Source of the DNA: an uncultured Planctomycetota bacterium | GTDB lineage: Bacteria; Planctomycetota; Planctomycetia; Isosphaerales; Isosphaeraceae | DNA length: 64,000 nucleotides | NCBI GenBank assembly: GCA_963845755.1 | Contig: CAWJTV010000029.1 | Coordinates: forward strand, 384,001 to 448,000 | Reading direction: 5' to 3' | Shown: positions 8,826 through 19,726 of the stretch, piece by piece | Position numbering within the stretch: the stretch's first letter is position 1 | Layout of the letters: the number at the start of each line of letters is the position of its first letter | Made by a program: the position numbers and the translations under genes | Notes under the pieces: generated by a model | What the model saw: the letters and a program-made list of their open reading frames with translations, nothing else | Database searches by the model: none | What the model was told of the DNA's origin: nothing

Positions 8826-10139
8826 ATGTCCGACCAGACATCACCAGAGACCAAGCCTTCCAGCCGACCATCGACAGGATGCGGACGGCGATGGCATCGC
8901 GTCGTCCTGAGCGTCCGCACCCTGATGCTGCTCGTCCTGGTGCTCGGCGGCGGCCTAGGGTGGGTAGCCCACCGCGCCGCCGTCCAGCGCCGGGCCGTGG
9001 CCGCCATCGAGGCCGCCGGCGGCCGGGTCTTCTACGACTGGGACCTCTCCGGCGGCGTGGCTAAGCCGCCGGGCACACGGCGGCCCTGGCTGAAATGGCT
9101 CTGCGATCGACTCGGGCCCGATTACTTCGGCGACGTGACCTCGGTCTTCCTGGATGGCCGAGGCGGTGTCAGGGCCGACGACGTCCTTATGACCCACGTC
9201 GGCCGCCTCGCACACCTCGAAGATCTGCACATGCCCGACAACGCCTCGGTGACCGACGCAGGACTCGTTCATCTCCGGGGCCTGGATCGGCTCAGGAGCC
9301 TAGACCTGAAGGCGTCGGGGGTCAGGGGGCCGGGGCTGGCCCATCTGAAGGGCCTGACCCGGCTGACCACCCTCCGGCTCGAAGGTCTGCCGGTCTCCGA
9401 CGACGATCTCGCCCACATCTCCGGGCTGAGCCAGCTTATCGCCCTGGGCCTTTCCAGTGACCGGGTCTCCGACGCCGCCCTGGAGCACCTGAAGGGCCTC
9501 ACGTCGCTAGAATCGCTCTACCTGGCCTGCCCCGGCATCACCTCCGGTGGCCTGGTGCATCTCCGGGATAAGGTACGACTCAGGACCCTGGCCCTGATCT
9601 CAACCCGGGTCGATACCTTGGTGCCGATCGAGGGGCTGACCGGGATCACGTACCTGGCGCTGGTCTCCAATCGGATCGACGACTCGGGCCTGGGCCCGGT
9701 CGCGGGTTACTATCGCCTGGAGACTTTGGTTCTGAGCGAGCCTCGGGTCAGCGATGCTGGATTGAGACACATCGCCGGCCTGGTACGGCTGACCCGGTTA
9801 CGCCTGGATGGGCCGGTGTTGACCGGCGTGGGGCCGCCCCGCCCCCCGGGAAGTGCGGGCATCACCGACGCCGGGCTTGATTCGCTGCGTGGCCTCGCCA
9901 ATCTGAAGGAGCTGTGGTTGGACGATTCGGCGGTCACCGATGCGGGTCTCATGCACCTGTCCGGTTTGAAGGAATTAGGCACGCTCTCGCTCAAGAATAC
10001 GGGAGTCAGCAATGTCGGCTTGGCGTGGCTGACCGGGCTTTCGAAGTTAGGTAGATTCCACGTGACAGGTACGAAAGTGACCCCGGCAGGAGTCGCCGGC
10101 GTGCAGTCGAAGTTGCCCGGGGTGAAGATCATCCCTTGA
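8826..10139 (+). CDS. Membrane-anchored leucine-rich-repeat protein (cargo)
   Basis: N-terminal SVRTLMLLVLVLGGGLGW helix; repeated ~24-aa VTDAGLxHLxGLxxLxxLxL units. Confidence 0.9.
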   Translation: MSDQTSPETKPSSRPSTGCGRRWHRVVLSVRTLMLLVLVLGGGLGWVAHRAAVQRRAVAAIEAAGGRVFYDWDLSGGVAKPPGTRRPWLKWLCDRLGPDYFGDVTSVFLDGRGGVRADDVLMTHVGRLAHLEDLHMPDNASVTDAGLVHLRGLDRLRSLDLKASGVRGPGLAHLKGLTRLTTLRLEGLPVSDDDLAHISGLSQLIALGLSSDRVSDAALEHLKGLTSLESLYLACPGITSGGLVHLRDKVRLRTLALISTRVDTLVPIEGLTGITYLALVSNRIDDSGLGPVAGYYRLETLVLSEPRVSDAGLRHIAGLVRLTRLRLDGPVLTGVGPPRPPGSAGITDAGLDSLRGLANLKELWLDDSAVTDAGLMHLSGLKELGTLSLKNTGVSNVGLAWLTGLSKLGRFHVTGTKVTPAGVAGVQSKLPGVKIIP

Positions 10140-10210
10140 GTCGCGGAGCTTTACCCGAAATCCGATTCTCGTCTAGCCAGCGAGCCCCCGTCGGATCGAC
10201 AGCCTGAAAG

Positions 10211-10236
10211 GTAAAGAAAACGGTGGGTATCTTTAC
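10211..10236. other. Second res site I-like sequence
   Basis: GTAAAGAAAACGGTGGGTATCTTTAC, 20/26 identical to 8691-8716. Confidence 0.6.
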
Positions 10237-10241
10237 TGTCT

Positions 10242-11196
10242 TTATGCCGTCCCGATCACCAGGCTTTCACGTGCCGCTTCCACCACCGGAAGTGCGACCT
10301 TCTCCAGCTTGTTGATCTCCAGGACGCGGCCGATCTGCGTCAGCAGGCGGTGGAGCAGCCGGAAATTCCCGCCCGTGATGCGGATGATCGCGGCGATGCT
10401 CTCCTCATCGGCGATGCCGCCGTCGGGCATGGGCGCGAGGGCAGGCCACCATCGCTCCTGGAGCAGTTGCCGCACTTCCTCGCGGGACAGGGGCTTGAAC
10501 TCATGAACGAACCCGATCCGGGAATAGAGCTGCGGGTAGCGGGCGAGCTGTTTTTCAAGCCCCGGCATGCCGATCAGCACCATCCCGATGCCGCCCTGGT
10601 CGAAGATGGCGCATCTGCTCCAGCCCGGTCATCTTCAGGCGGTCGGCCTCGTCGATCAGGATCAGGGCCGTGGGATCGGGCTGGGCACGCTCCGCTCCTT
10701 CATGGCTGTCGAAGATTCGCCGCCACGCATCCTGCCGGCGGGCGACCTCCTCGGGAGGCTCGTCGAAGCCATTCAGGCCGGTGCGGCGGTGGTACTCATA
10801 CAGGGCCTCGACCTCTCGATTCGCGGATTCCAAGCGGGGCCGTTCCTCGCGGCGGATTTCCTCCAGGAAGAAGCCTCGCAGCTTGCCCCGCAACCGCTCG
10901 ATATCGTTCGGCAGCCGGCCGGGAGACGTGACGACCACCGGCGGCGTGTAGAAGACGACGGCGCTGCCCTTGACTTGCTCCAGCGTGACCGTGCCGCCCG
11001 GCGCATCGGGCCGGTAGCGTTCGATCGTATCCCAGTTGGCATAATGCCGGGCGGACAGCGTCTTGCCGACGCCCGGCGGCCCGTAGCACAGGCCGATGTA
11101 TTGATAGCGGCGGCAGGCGTCGCAGAATTCCCGGAAGCGACGGTGTTGCTTCGTCTCGATGAATCCTTGGCCCGTGACGCTACTCGTCACAGGCAT
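10242..11196 (-). CDS. Transposition AAA ATPase (TniB/TnsC-like; one frameshift)
   Basis: Walker A GPPGVGKT, Walker B ILIDEAD, VLIGMP, GGNFR. Confidence 0.9.
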
Positions 11197-12561
11197 ACCG
11201 CTTCAGCTTGACCGGCGACGGCACGGGTTGCGGCGGCTCAACCGCCGGAGTCTTCTCGCCGGCATCCCACCGTTTGGCTTCGATCAGGGAATCCACCACG
11301 CGGCGGCGATCTACCAGCGTCTGGCGGAGTTCGCGGCGGCGGCGGTTCCGGGCGCTGACGATGTCGCGGAGGGGGACGGTCGCGCCCGCCAGTTCCTGGC
11401 ACACCGCCCGGCAGAGGAATCGGCCCTGGTGGAACACCCGGACCTCCGCCACGTCGCGCGGATCGTAACGCAGCATGACCTCCTCGCCGACATAGGCGGC
11501 GAGCGTCGGGTCGATGTAACGCATGCCCATGAAGCGGATGCCATCCTGCTGCACCCGCCGCGTCCTGGCGACGGTGAGCAGCAACAAATCGAGCCGCTCC
11601 AGCGAATCCGGCATCTGGGGCAGGAAGCCGCCCGCATCCCAGCGGGCCTGCGGTGCCTGGCCGGTCGTGCTGTGCGGCGTGACCAGGTATTCCCCGATCA
11701 GGTAGGTTTCGATCTCGCCGGCCAGGTCCGCTGCGTCAGCACGGCGGCCCGGTCCGCCTGCGTCCGGGAATAGCCGGGCAGCCGCGAAAGGAGCACCTGG
11801 GAGAGCGAGTCGAAGAACCGCTCGATCTTTCCCCGCCCGCGTGGCCGCGCGACGCTGGAGAAGATCAGCCGGATTTTCAGGTCGGCCGCCACCTGCTCGA
11901 TATGCCGCGAGGTGAAATCGCTGCCGTGATCGGTATAGAGCACCTGCGGGATGCCGCAGACGTGCCAGCCCGGTTGCGGCTTCCGCCAGATCGCCTGCCG
12001 CAACGCCAGGGCCGTCTGGATCGCCGAGGGGGCCGACAACGAGAGGAAATAGCCCGCCACCGCCCGGCTGTAGTCGTCGAGGATGATCGTCAGCCAGGGC
12101 CGGCGGGCGGTGCCGTCGCCGTCCTTGACGAGGATGTCGAGTTCGGTGTGATCGGCCTGCCAGATGGCATTGGGAGCGTCCGCCTCGCGGCGATGGACCA
12201 GGTCGAAGGATTCGCTATACGCTTTCGACCCCTCATGGGCCAGCGTCAGCAGGGCCGGTTCCAGCTTGCCGATCACGGCATGGACCACCTTGTAGCTCGG
12301 CGGCTCCTGCCCCAGCTTCTTCGCCGCCTCGGCCACCTCGCGATGGATGGTAGCCGTCGGCAGCCTGGGCTTTCGCAACGCCAGCCCCTCGATGAGTTGC
12401 TGGAGGGCAGGCGTCAGCTTCCGCTTGTCCTTGTCGTCCCGCTCCTTGCGGGCCAGGCCGGTCAATCCTTCCCGGCGGTAGCGATCGACCCAGCGGCGGG
12501 CGGTGCGGAGGACGATGCCTTGTTCCCGGGCGATTTGAGTCAGAGGGACGCCATCTTCCAG

Positions 12562-14209
12562 GAGCCTGTCTGAGAACTCTGACCCGCATTGTCGCGGATG
12601 AGCCAGGTGTACGGACGGAGTCGGTTCGGGCACAATGCGGGTTTCCGACCTTTCCTCTACCTTGGTGCCTGATCGGGGAGCCGAATCATGGAGGGCCGAC
12701 GCAAGACCTACCGAGCCTGGGACCCTCGACAGAATGGTCACGACGCCATCTCGCCGCCGGAGGCGCTCCCCGAAGACGATCTGGTGTTCTTCCTCATCGA
12801 TCTCATCCCGCAGCTTGACCTCACTCCGTTCCACAAGCATTATGCCCAGGAACTGCGCGGCCAACCCCCCTTCGACGTGACCATGATGGTGACGCTGCTG
12901 GTCTATGCCTACTGCATCGGTGTCCGCTCCAGCCGGAAGATCGCCGCCGCCTGTGAGCGCAATCTGGCGTTCCGAGCCATTGTCGGTATCGATCGGCCCG
13001 ACTTCCGCACTATCAGCGATTTTCGCAAGATCCACCTGGCGGCACTGCGGCCCCTGTTCCTTGAGGTGCTGCGCATCGCGGGCGAGTTGGGGATGGTCAA
13101 GTTGGGGAACCTGTCCACCGACGGGACCAAGATGGGGGCCAACGCCTCGCGGCACAAGGCGATGAGCTACGGCTACATGGGGAAGGAAATCGAACGGCTG
13201 AAGGCCGAGATCGAGCAAATGCTCCAGGAAGCTGAGCAGCTCGACGCCGAGCAAGATGCGGCGTTGGGGAGCCGTCGCGGCGACGAACTGCCGGCGGAAT
13301 TGAAGCGGCGTGACGATCGGTTGGCCAAGATTCGCGAGGCGAAAGCGCGGCTGGAAGCCGAGGCGGCTGCCCGGGCGGACGAAGAACAACGCCGCCGGGA
13401 TCAGGCCCAAGCCCAGCGGGAAGCGGACGGCCGCAAACGCCGGGGCAAGCCACCGGCTCCGATCGATCCGAGTCCCGAGGAGAAGGTGCAAATGAACTTC
13501 ACCGACCCCGAAGCGAAGATCATGAAGCAGAGCAACAAGGGGTTCGATTATTCGTACAACGCCCAGGCGGTGGTGGATGGCGCGCACCAGATCATCGTCG
13601 CCCCGGACGTGACCTCAGCGCCCAACGACAAGGAACAGGCGGTGCCGATGGCGCAAGCAGCCTTAAACAATCTGGAGGCGGCTGGGATCCCGCGGCCGAT
13701 GGCCAGCGACGGGACCCCGACGCCGATTCCGAACACGGCGGACACGGGCTATTTCAGCGCGAAAGCGGTGGCGGGACTGGAGCAGCTCGGCATGGACCCG
13801 TATGTGGCTGTTGAGCGTCAGAAGCACCACGTGGCTGCGGTGACGTCGGCGACGACGGCTCCCGCACCGGAAGCGAGTGTGAACGAGAAGATGCAGCACA
13901 AACTGCGTACGGCGGCCGGCAAAGCCCTGTACGCGGCGCGGAAGCAGATCGTCGAACCGGTCTTCGGCCAGATCAAATTCGCGCGGGGGATTCGCCAGTT
14001 TCTGCTCCGTGGCTTGGAGAAAGTCTCCGCCGAGTGGCAACTGATCGGCCTGACCCACAATCTACTGAAGATTTGGCGCCACACCTGCGCCGCCGCCGAG
14101 AGTTGAGTGGGATAGTGCGCGCCGAGGGCGGGGCCGAGGCCGAAATGGCCAAGGCCCGGTGGGAACCCAGGGGCCAAGGCGAGACACGGGCGAATTCTCG
14201 GACAGGCTC
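12562..14209 (+). mobile_element. IS1182-family element
   Basis: Inverted repeats GAGCCTGTCTGAGAA / TTCTCGGACAGGCTC; flanks CCAG and CTAG (4-bp duplication with one mismatch). Confidence 0.88.
12688..14106 (+). CDS. IS1182-family transposase
   Basis: YAYCIGVRSSRKIAAACERNLAF...PDFRTISDFRK, DGTKMGANAS, YNAQAVVD, RKQIVEPVFGQIK. Confidence 0.93.
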   Translation: MEGRRKTYRAWDPRQNGHDAISPPEALPEDDLVFFLIDLIPQLDLTPFHKHYAQELRGQPPFDVTMMVTLLVYAYCIGVRSSRKIAAACERNLAFRAIVGIDRPDFRTISDFRKIHLAALRPLFLEVLRIAGELGMVKLGNLSTDGTKMGANASRHKAMSYGYMGKEIERLKAEIEQMLQEAEQLDAEQDAALGSRRGDELPAELKRRDDRLAKIREAKARLEAEAAARADEEQRRRDQAQAQREADGRKRRGKPPAPIDPSPEEKVQMNFTDPEAKIMKQSNKGFDYSYNAQAVVDGAHQIIVAPDVTSAPNDKEQAVPMAQAALNNLEAAGIPRPMASDGTPTPIPNTADTGYFSAKAVAGLEQLGMDPYVAVERQKHHVAAVTSATTAPAPEASVNEKMQHKLRTAAGKALYAARKQIVEPVFGQIKFARGIRQFLLRGLEKVSAEWQLIGLTHNLLKIWRHTCAAAES

Positions 14210-14474
14210 CTAGGAAGGGGCGTATGATCTGAAATCGGGCGAGAGCACGCGACCGGGCCTCTTCGGGCAGGTTGCTCAATGAGACGGCGAGGGCTTCCAC
14301 TGGCTTGGGTGGATGACTCATGGATGAACACGATACGGCCGTGCATTTCCGCCGTCAACGACCCGGGGTGACAAATAGCGGGGCAAAAAAGGTGACATTT
14401 ACCGGGCAAGTTAACATACAGGGGGGTGAATTCGCAGCGACCCAAGGGTGTGCGCAACGCAATCGTTACGCGCT

Positions 14475-14879
14475 CTATGGGGAGTCAAATCGATCGCTGT
14501 CGGTCTTGTGCGCGGACACGTCACCCAGAATGTCGCAGAGGAGGTCGAGTCCCGTGTCTTCGGCGGGCGGTCTTGACCGCCAGAACTCCTGCTGCCGAGA
14601 CATTTCGTCGGCGGACTCACCAAGCCTCGGGGCCTCGAAGTACAGGATCGTCTCGCCCTCGTGACCCCCGTCGATGCCAACGAACCGAATATCCGATGCA
14701 GAAACGAGCCAGGCCGGCCGACGGCCCGGCGGGCGGCTGCGGCCGAGAAATCCCATCAGGATCGATCGCCGCACGGCCGGCCCGATCAGGCGCAGCAGGT
14801 TGCCGACTGGGACGGGCGGCGCTTCACTTCCGTACTCGGCGCGTCCCATGAGCCGGATCGTGTGATGGATTCGATGCAT
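14475..14879 (-). pseudogene. Hypothetical gene, probably 3'-truncated
   Basis: Protein-like ORF (MHRIHHTIRL...) ending about 60 bp from the transposon end. Confidence 0.4.
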
Positions 14880-15151
14880 GACGGGCCTCCTGGACCGATC
14901 ATCGGCCGGCGCTCCTGCCAATAGCTACTGAACGCCTGATCCAATTCTGTCCGGTCGATCCTGCCCAGACAAGGCGGGAATTTCCCGGGATGAGTTGCCA
15001 GACCCGAAAAAGTGTCCGATAGTAAGGTTGTCGGGATTTCCCAATTGGCGTTCGGGGTGCGCGAAGAGATAAAAAGGCAGGGGATCCGATGGGAAACGAA
15101 CGGGAAACGCGCATCGATGCACTCGGCGATCGTCGGCAAACGAAATCGTCG

Positions 15152-15509
15152 AAACGAAGCCAGCGGGCCGGCGTGGTGGGGGGTGGGGGGTACGTGGCGG
15201 GACAAAGCCCATCGCGATTTGGACGAAAGGAAGCCAACGCCATCCCCAACCACCGCGATTTCGAGAAAAACGAAGCCACGATTATAGCGATCAGGCAAAC
15301 TTTACGGCTAATGATGAATGGTAGGATCGTCAGGACTGGCGCGATCTGCACGAATAGGCGGATCGGACCGATTTCGAGGGCTGGGGTCCGATGGAAGACT
15401 ACCGCAATTTCGACGAAACGAAGCCAACTCAGCCCCCGACCACCGCGATTTCGAGGAAAACGAAGCCATCGGGGCCGCGCCGTGCCCCGAAACCCTCAAA
15501 ACGAAGCCA
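15152..15509 (+). repeat. Six copies of AAACGAAGCCA, several preceded by CGCGATTT
   Basis: Copies at 15152, 15226 (1 mismatch), 15268, 15416, 15458, 15499. Confidence 0.8.
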
Positions 15510-16092
15510 CGACGATCGGGGCGGCAGCGAGGATGCGGTTGGTACGGGCCTTGACGGACGATCCCAATTGGGGACGTCGAATCGATGGTGGGAAGGAAAC
15601 GGGAGATGGCGGCTGTGGGGAATCACGCGAACGGCGCGAGGAGGCGATTGTTGCCGGTTTTGCCAGCGACAGGGGAGAGGCCCCGGATCCCCACCCGACC
15701 CCATCCCGCCAGCGGAGGTCCGCGCTCCGGTCGGCCATCACCATTCTTCCCGCAAGAGCCACCCTGGGTCATCCATCCACAACCTTGAGTGGCCCGGATT
15801 TTCCACTGACTTCTGAGACGCTCACCCGTGCGAACGGCTGTACACGCTTTTCAACAGGACTCTGGTCCCCGTATAGTAGGAATGAGGTCGGCCAGAGACC
15901 CGCATGCCGTCCGCATGAGCCGGTTCGCTTGGCCCCTACCCTCTGCGGATCGGGTTGCGACAGCCTGATCCCCCGTCCAGCCATGGCGGCACAGCACCCC
16001 CAGATCCAGGCGAGCGCGATCGATCGTGCGATCCGGCGACTCGCCTCGGCCAGCAACGGCGTACCCTCTTTTCAACACACCCCGAGTCCTGG

Positions 16093-19000
16093 ATGATGAA
16101 CCTTCGCCTCTTAGTCGAGAAGGGTGCGGCTACACCCAGACCGCGACGACACTCGTCCTATCGACGTGGCGTGAGACCGATCGGGGAAAACATCGTGGCA
16201 CGACGAAAGCGAAACAACGCGAAGCGTCCGAAGCGGTTCGATCGCAACCGACAGGGGAAAGTCCTCATGGCGACTGCTGAGGAACGGATCGGCTCCAAGG
16301 ACTCTGGCCCTGACAAGGATGGCCGCGCTGACCATCTGCGAATCGCGCTCGCGTGGGGCATCACGGGGCTCGTGCCCTGGCTCGTCCTCGCCGGTATCGG
16401 CGCGCTCCTCTTTTTCCTGGTCAAGCGATTCGGGCCCGTGCCCTGGCTCGTCATCGGCGGCATCGCCGTCCCGAGCCTTTTCGTGGCCCAGTTGGTTTGG
16501 CGGGCCATCTTCCGGCAACGCGTCGGAATGCTGGTCCTGTTCCTGGCTGTCGTTGCGGTCGGGACAACCCACGGTTACGCCGATTCGAAGGATTCGCCCC
16601 CCGCGACCACGCCGCGCCCGGTGGGGTTCGCGCGGGATATCCGGCCGCTGCTCTCGGACAATTGCTTTGCCTGCCACGGGCCGGACGAGAAGGCACGCAA
16701 GGCCCAATTCCGGCTCGACACCCAGGAAGGTGCCTTCGCCGACCTCAAGGACGGCGGCCGAGCGATTGTGCCGGGCAAGCCCGACGATAGCGACCTGATC
16801 TTCCGGATCGAGAGCGACGACCCCGAGCTGCAAATGCCGCCGAAGAAGAGCGGCAAGCATTTGACCCCCGAGCAAATCGCGTTGATCCGGCGATGGGTCG
16901 AGCAAGGGGCATCCTGGACCAAACACTGGGCGTTCAAGCCTCCCCGGAAGCCCGATCTGCCGGCCATCAAGGATTCCCGATGGCCGGTCAACGAAATCGA
17001 CCGCTTCCTCCTCGCCCGCCTCGAGGCCGATGGGCTCGCGCCGGAATCCGAAGCGAGCAAGACCGCTCTCATCCGTCGCGTCACCCTCGACTTGACCGGC
17101 TTACCCCCCACCCTCCCGGCGGTCAACGCGTTCCTGAACGATCGCTCCGAGGGTGCCTATGAGCGGGTCGTCAACCGGCTCCTGGAATCCCCCCAATACG
17201 GCGAGCACCTGGCGCGGTTCTGGCTCGACGCCGCCCGGTACGGCGACACCCACGGCCTGCACCTCGACAACTACCGCGAGATCTGGCCCTATCGCGACTG
17301 GGTCATCCGCGCCTTCAACAGGAACAAGCCGTTCGACCAGTTCGTCATCGAGCAACTTGCCGGCGATTTGCTCCCCAAGCCGACCCTCGACCAGATCGTC
17401 GCCACCGGATTCAATCGCTGCCACGTCTCGACCAATGAAGGCGGATCGATCGAGGAAGAGGTCTACGTCCGCAATATCGTGGACCAGGTCGACACCAATG
17501 GAACGGTCTTCATGGGACTCTCCACGGGCTGGCGCGGTGCCACGACCACAAGTACGACCCGATCCGTGCGAAGGACTACTACCAGCTCTTCGCGTTCTTC
17601 AACAACATCGATGGCCCCCCGATGGACGGCAATGCGGCCAGATGGGAACCAATCCTCCCCGTGCCGACCGCGGCCCAGCGCAAGACCCTCGCGGCCGTCA
17701 ACGGCGAGATCGCGGCGATCCAGAAGTCCATCACCGCCGAGGCCGCGCGGGTGGCCGACGAGTATGATCCCGGCGACGACTGCGAATGTTGCGAGGAATC
17801 CGCCCGCGCCGACTTCGTCTGGATCGACGACGCCCTGCCCCCCGGTGCCCGTCGCGAAGGCGACAGCGCGTGGGAATTCGTCGGCAAGCCAGACCACCCC
17901 GTCAAGAACGGCCGCCTCTCCCTCCGAGCCACTGCCAGGGGCCTCGACCAGCGCGTCTTCCTGACCGACGCAGAAACGCTCAAGACCGGCGAAGGAGATA
18001 CGCTCTTCGCTCACATCTACATCGATCCGAAAAAACGTCCGAGGGAAGTGATGCTCCAGTGGCACACGAAGGCGGGGTGGTCTCACCGCGCCTACTGGGG
18101 CGAGAACGCGATCGACTGGGGCAAGGACGGCACGCCGGAGCGATTGCGCATGGGGAATCTGCCGGAGACCGGCAAGTGGGTGCGGCTGGAGGTGCCGACC
18201 GCCAGCTTGAAGCTTGCGCCGGGGACCGTAATCGACGGCTGGGCGTTCACCCAGCATGGGGGCACGGTCCACTGGGACCAGGCCGGCCTCACGACCATGA
18301 CCCCGCAGCCGGGGCAGTTCTATGACTCGCTCACGGCCTGGGCCAAGGCCCAGCGCACCCTGGGCGCCGTGGGACTGCCGGAAAACCTCAAGCCGATCGT
18401 CCGGAACGATCGATCGAAGTGGACCGAGGCCCAAACCCGGGAACTTCGCGGCTACTTCGTCGCGCATTCGTATGCCCGGACCAGAGACGCCACGGCCCCG
18501 TTGCGAGCGAAGCTGACGGCGACGCAGGAGAAGCGGAAGGCGATCGAGCAGCAGTCCCCCACGACGCTGGTCTTCCGCGAGAAGGGCGGCGAGCCCAAGC
18601 CGGCGTTCTTGCTCAAGCGGGGCGAGTACGACCAGCGGGGCGAGAAGGTCGGCCGGGGCGTGCCGGCGTTCCTGCCGCCGCTGCCGCCGGGCGAGCCGGT
18701 CAACCGGTTGGGACTGGCGCGCTGGCTGGTCGCGCCCGATCATCCGCTGACCGCACGCGTGACGGTCAATCGCCTCTGGCTCCAGGTGTTCGGGACGGGA
18801 ATCGTCAAGACGGCGGAGGACTTCGGGCGCAGGGCGAGCCGCCCAGCCATCCCGAGCTCCTGGACTGGCTGGCGGTGCGGTTCCGCGAGGACGGCTGGGA
18901 CGTCAAGCGGTCCCTGAAGCGGCTGGTGATGTCGGCCGCATACCGGCAGTCGTCGCGGGTCACGGCCGAGAAGCTGGCGAAGGACCCGGCCAACCGCCTG

Positions 19001-19655
19001 CTCTCGCGGGGGCCGCGGTACCGGCTCGACGCCGAGATGCTTCGTGACCAGGCGATGTTCATCAGCGGGCTGCTGGTCGAGGAGGTGGGCGGACCGAGCG
19101 TCAAGCCACCCCAGCCGGCCGGGCTCTGGGAGGCCGTCGGCTACACCGGGAGCAACACCGTCAAGTTCGTCGCCGACCACGGCGCAGGAGAAAGTCCATC
19201 GCCGCAGTCTCTACACCTTCTGGAAGCGCACCTCGGCGCCCCCGCAGATGACCACCCTCGACGCCCCCTCGCGCGAGGCGTGCACCGTGCGCCGCGAGCG
19301 GACGAATACCCCCCTCCAGGCCCTGTTGCTCATGAACGAGCCGCAGCTCGTCGAGGCCTCGCGCGCCCTGGCCGAGCGGACCCTCCGCGAAGCCGGACCG
19401 ACGAACCCGGACCGCCTGACGCACATGTTCCGGCTGGTCACCGCCCGATGCCCCGGCGCCGGGGAAATCGCCGAGCTCGAGGCGGCCCTCAAGGACCTGA
19501 CCGCTCATTACACCGGCCAGCCCGAGGCCGCCCGGCAATTGATCGCCATCGGCGAGACCAAGCCCGACCCCCGTTTCAAGGCCGGTGAGCTGGCCGCCTG
19601 GACCATGATCGGAAACATTGTTCTGAACCTGGATGAGGTGATCACGAAGGGATGA
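16093..19655 (+). CDS. Planctomycete cytochrome c / DUF1549 / DUF1553 (PSD1) protein (frameshifted; start uncertain)
   Basis: [53 protein letters not shown]. Confidence 0.9.
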
Positions 19656-19726
19656 ATCTCATCCGGTAGAAGAAGAACCTCCGCGCCTCCGCGTGAAGCT
19701 CTCACCGTGACCATCAGGAGCCCGCC

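Larger units (their letters stand above)
11180..14321 (-). pseudogene. Mu/TnsB-like DDE transposase interrupted by IS1182
   Basis: IIRPF|LEDGVPL rejoins after IS removal; WQADHT, YTDHGSDF, GKIERFF, RYDPRD Mu-type C-terminus. Confidence 0.9.
7787..14416. mobile_element. Tn552/Tn5053-like transposon (element 2): DDE transposase, ATPase, res, resolvase, LRR cargo
   Basis: Ends TGTTAACTTCCCCG... and ...GGTGACATTTACCGGGCAAGTTAACA with repeated TGTCACC boxes; gene content; no TniQ seen. Confidence 0.85.

Noticed and set aside
11698..13587. 629-aa ORF as a real fusion protein
   Set aside because: Artefact: antisense of the IS1182 transposase running into the interrupted TnsB-like gene
10242..14321. 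CRISPR-associated or Tn7-like targeted transposon
   Set aside because: No TniQ/TnsD, TnsA or cas genes between the ends
4632..14421. Single composite transposon with target duplication
   Set aside because: Outer flanks CACGT and TACAG do not match
15152..15509. CRISPR array
   Set aside because: Repeats are only about 11-25 bp, degenerate and irregularly spaced, with no cas genes
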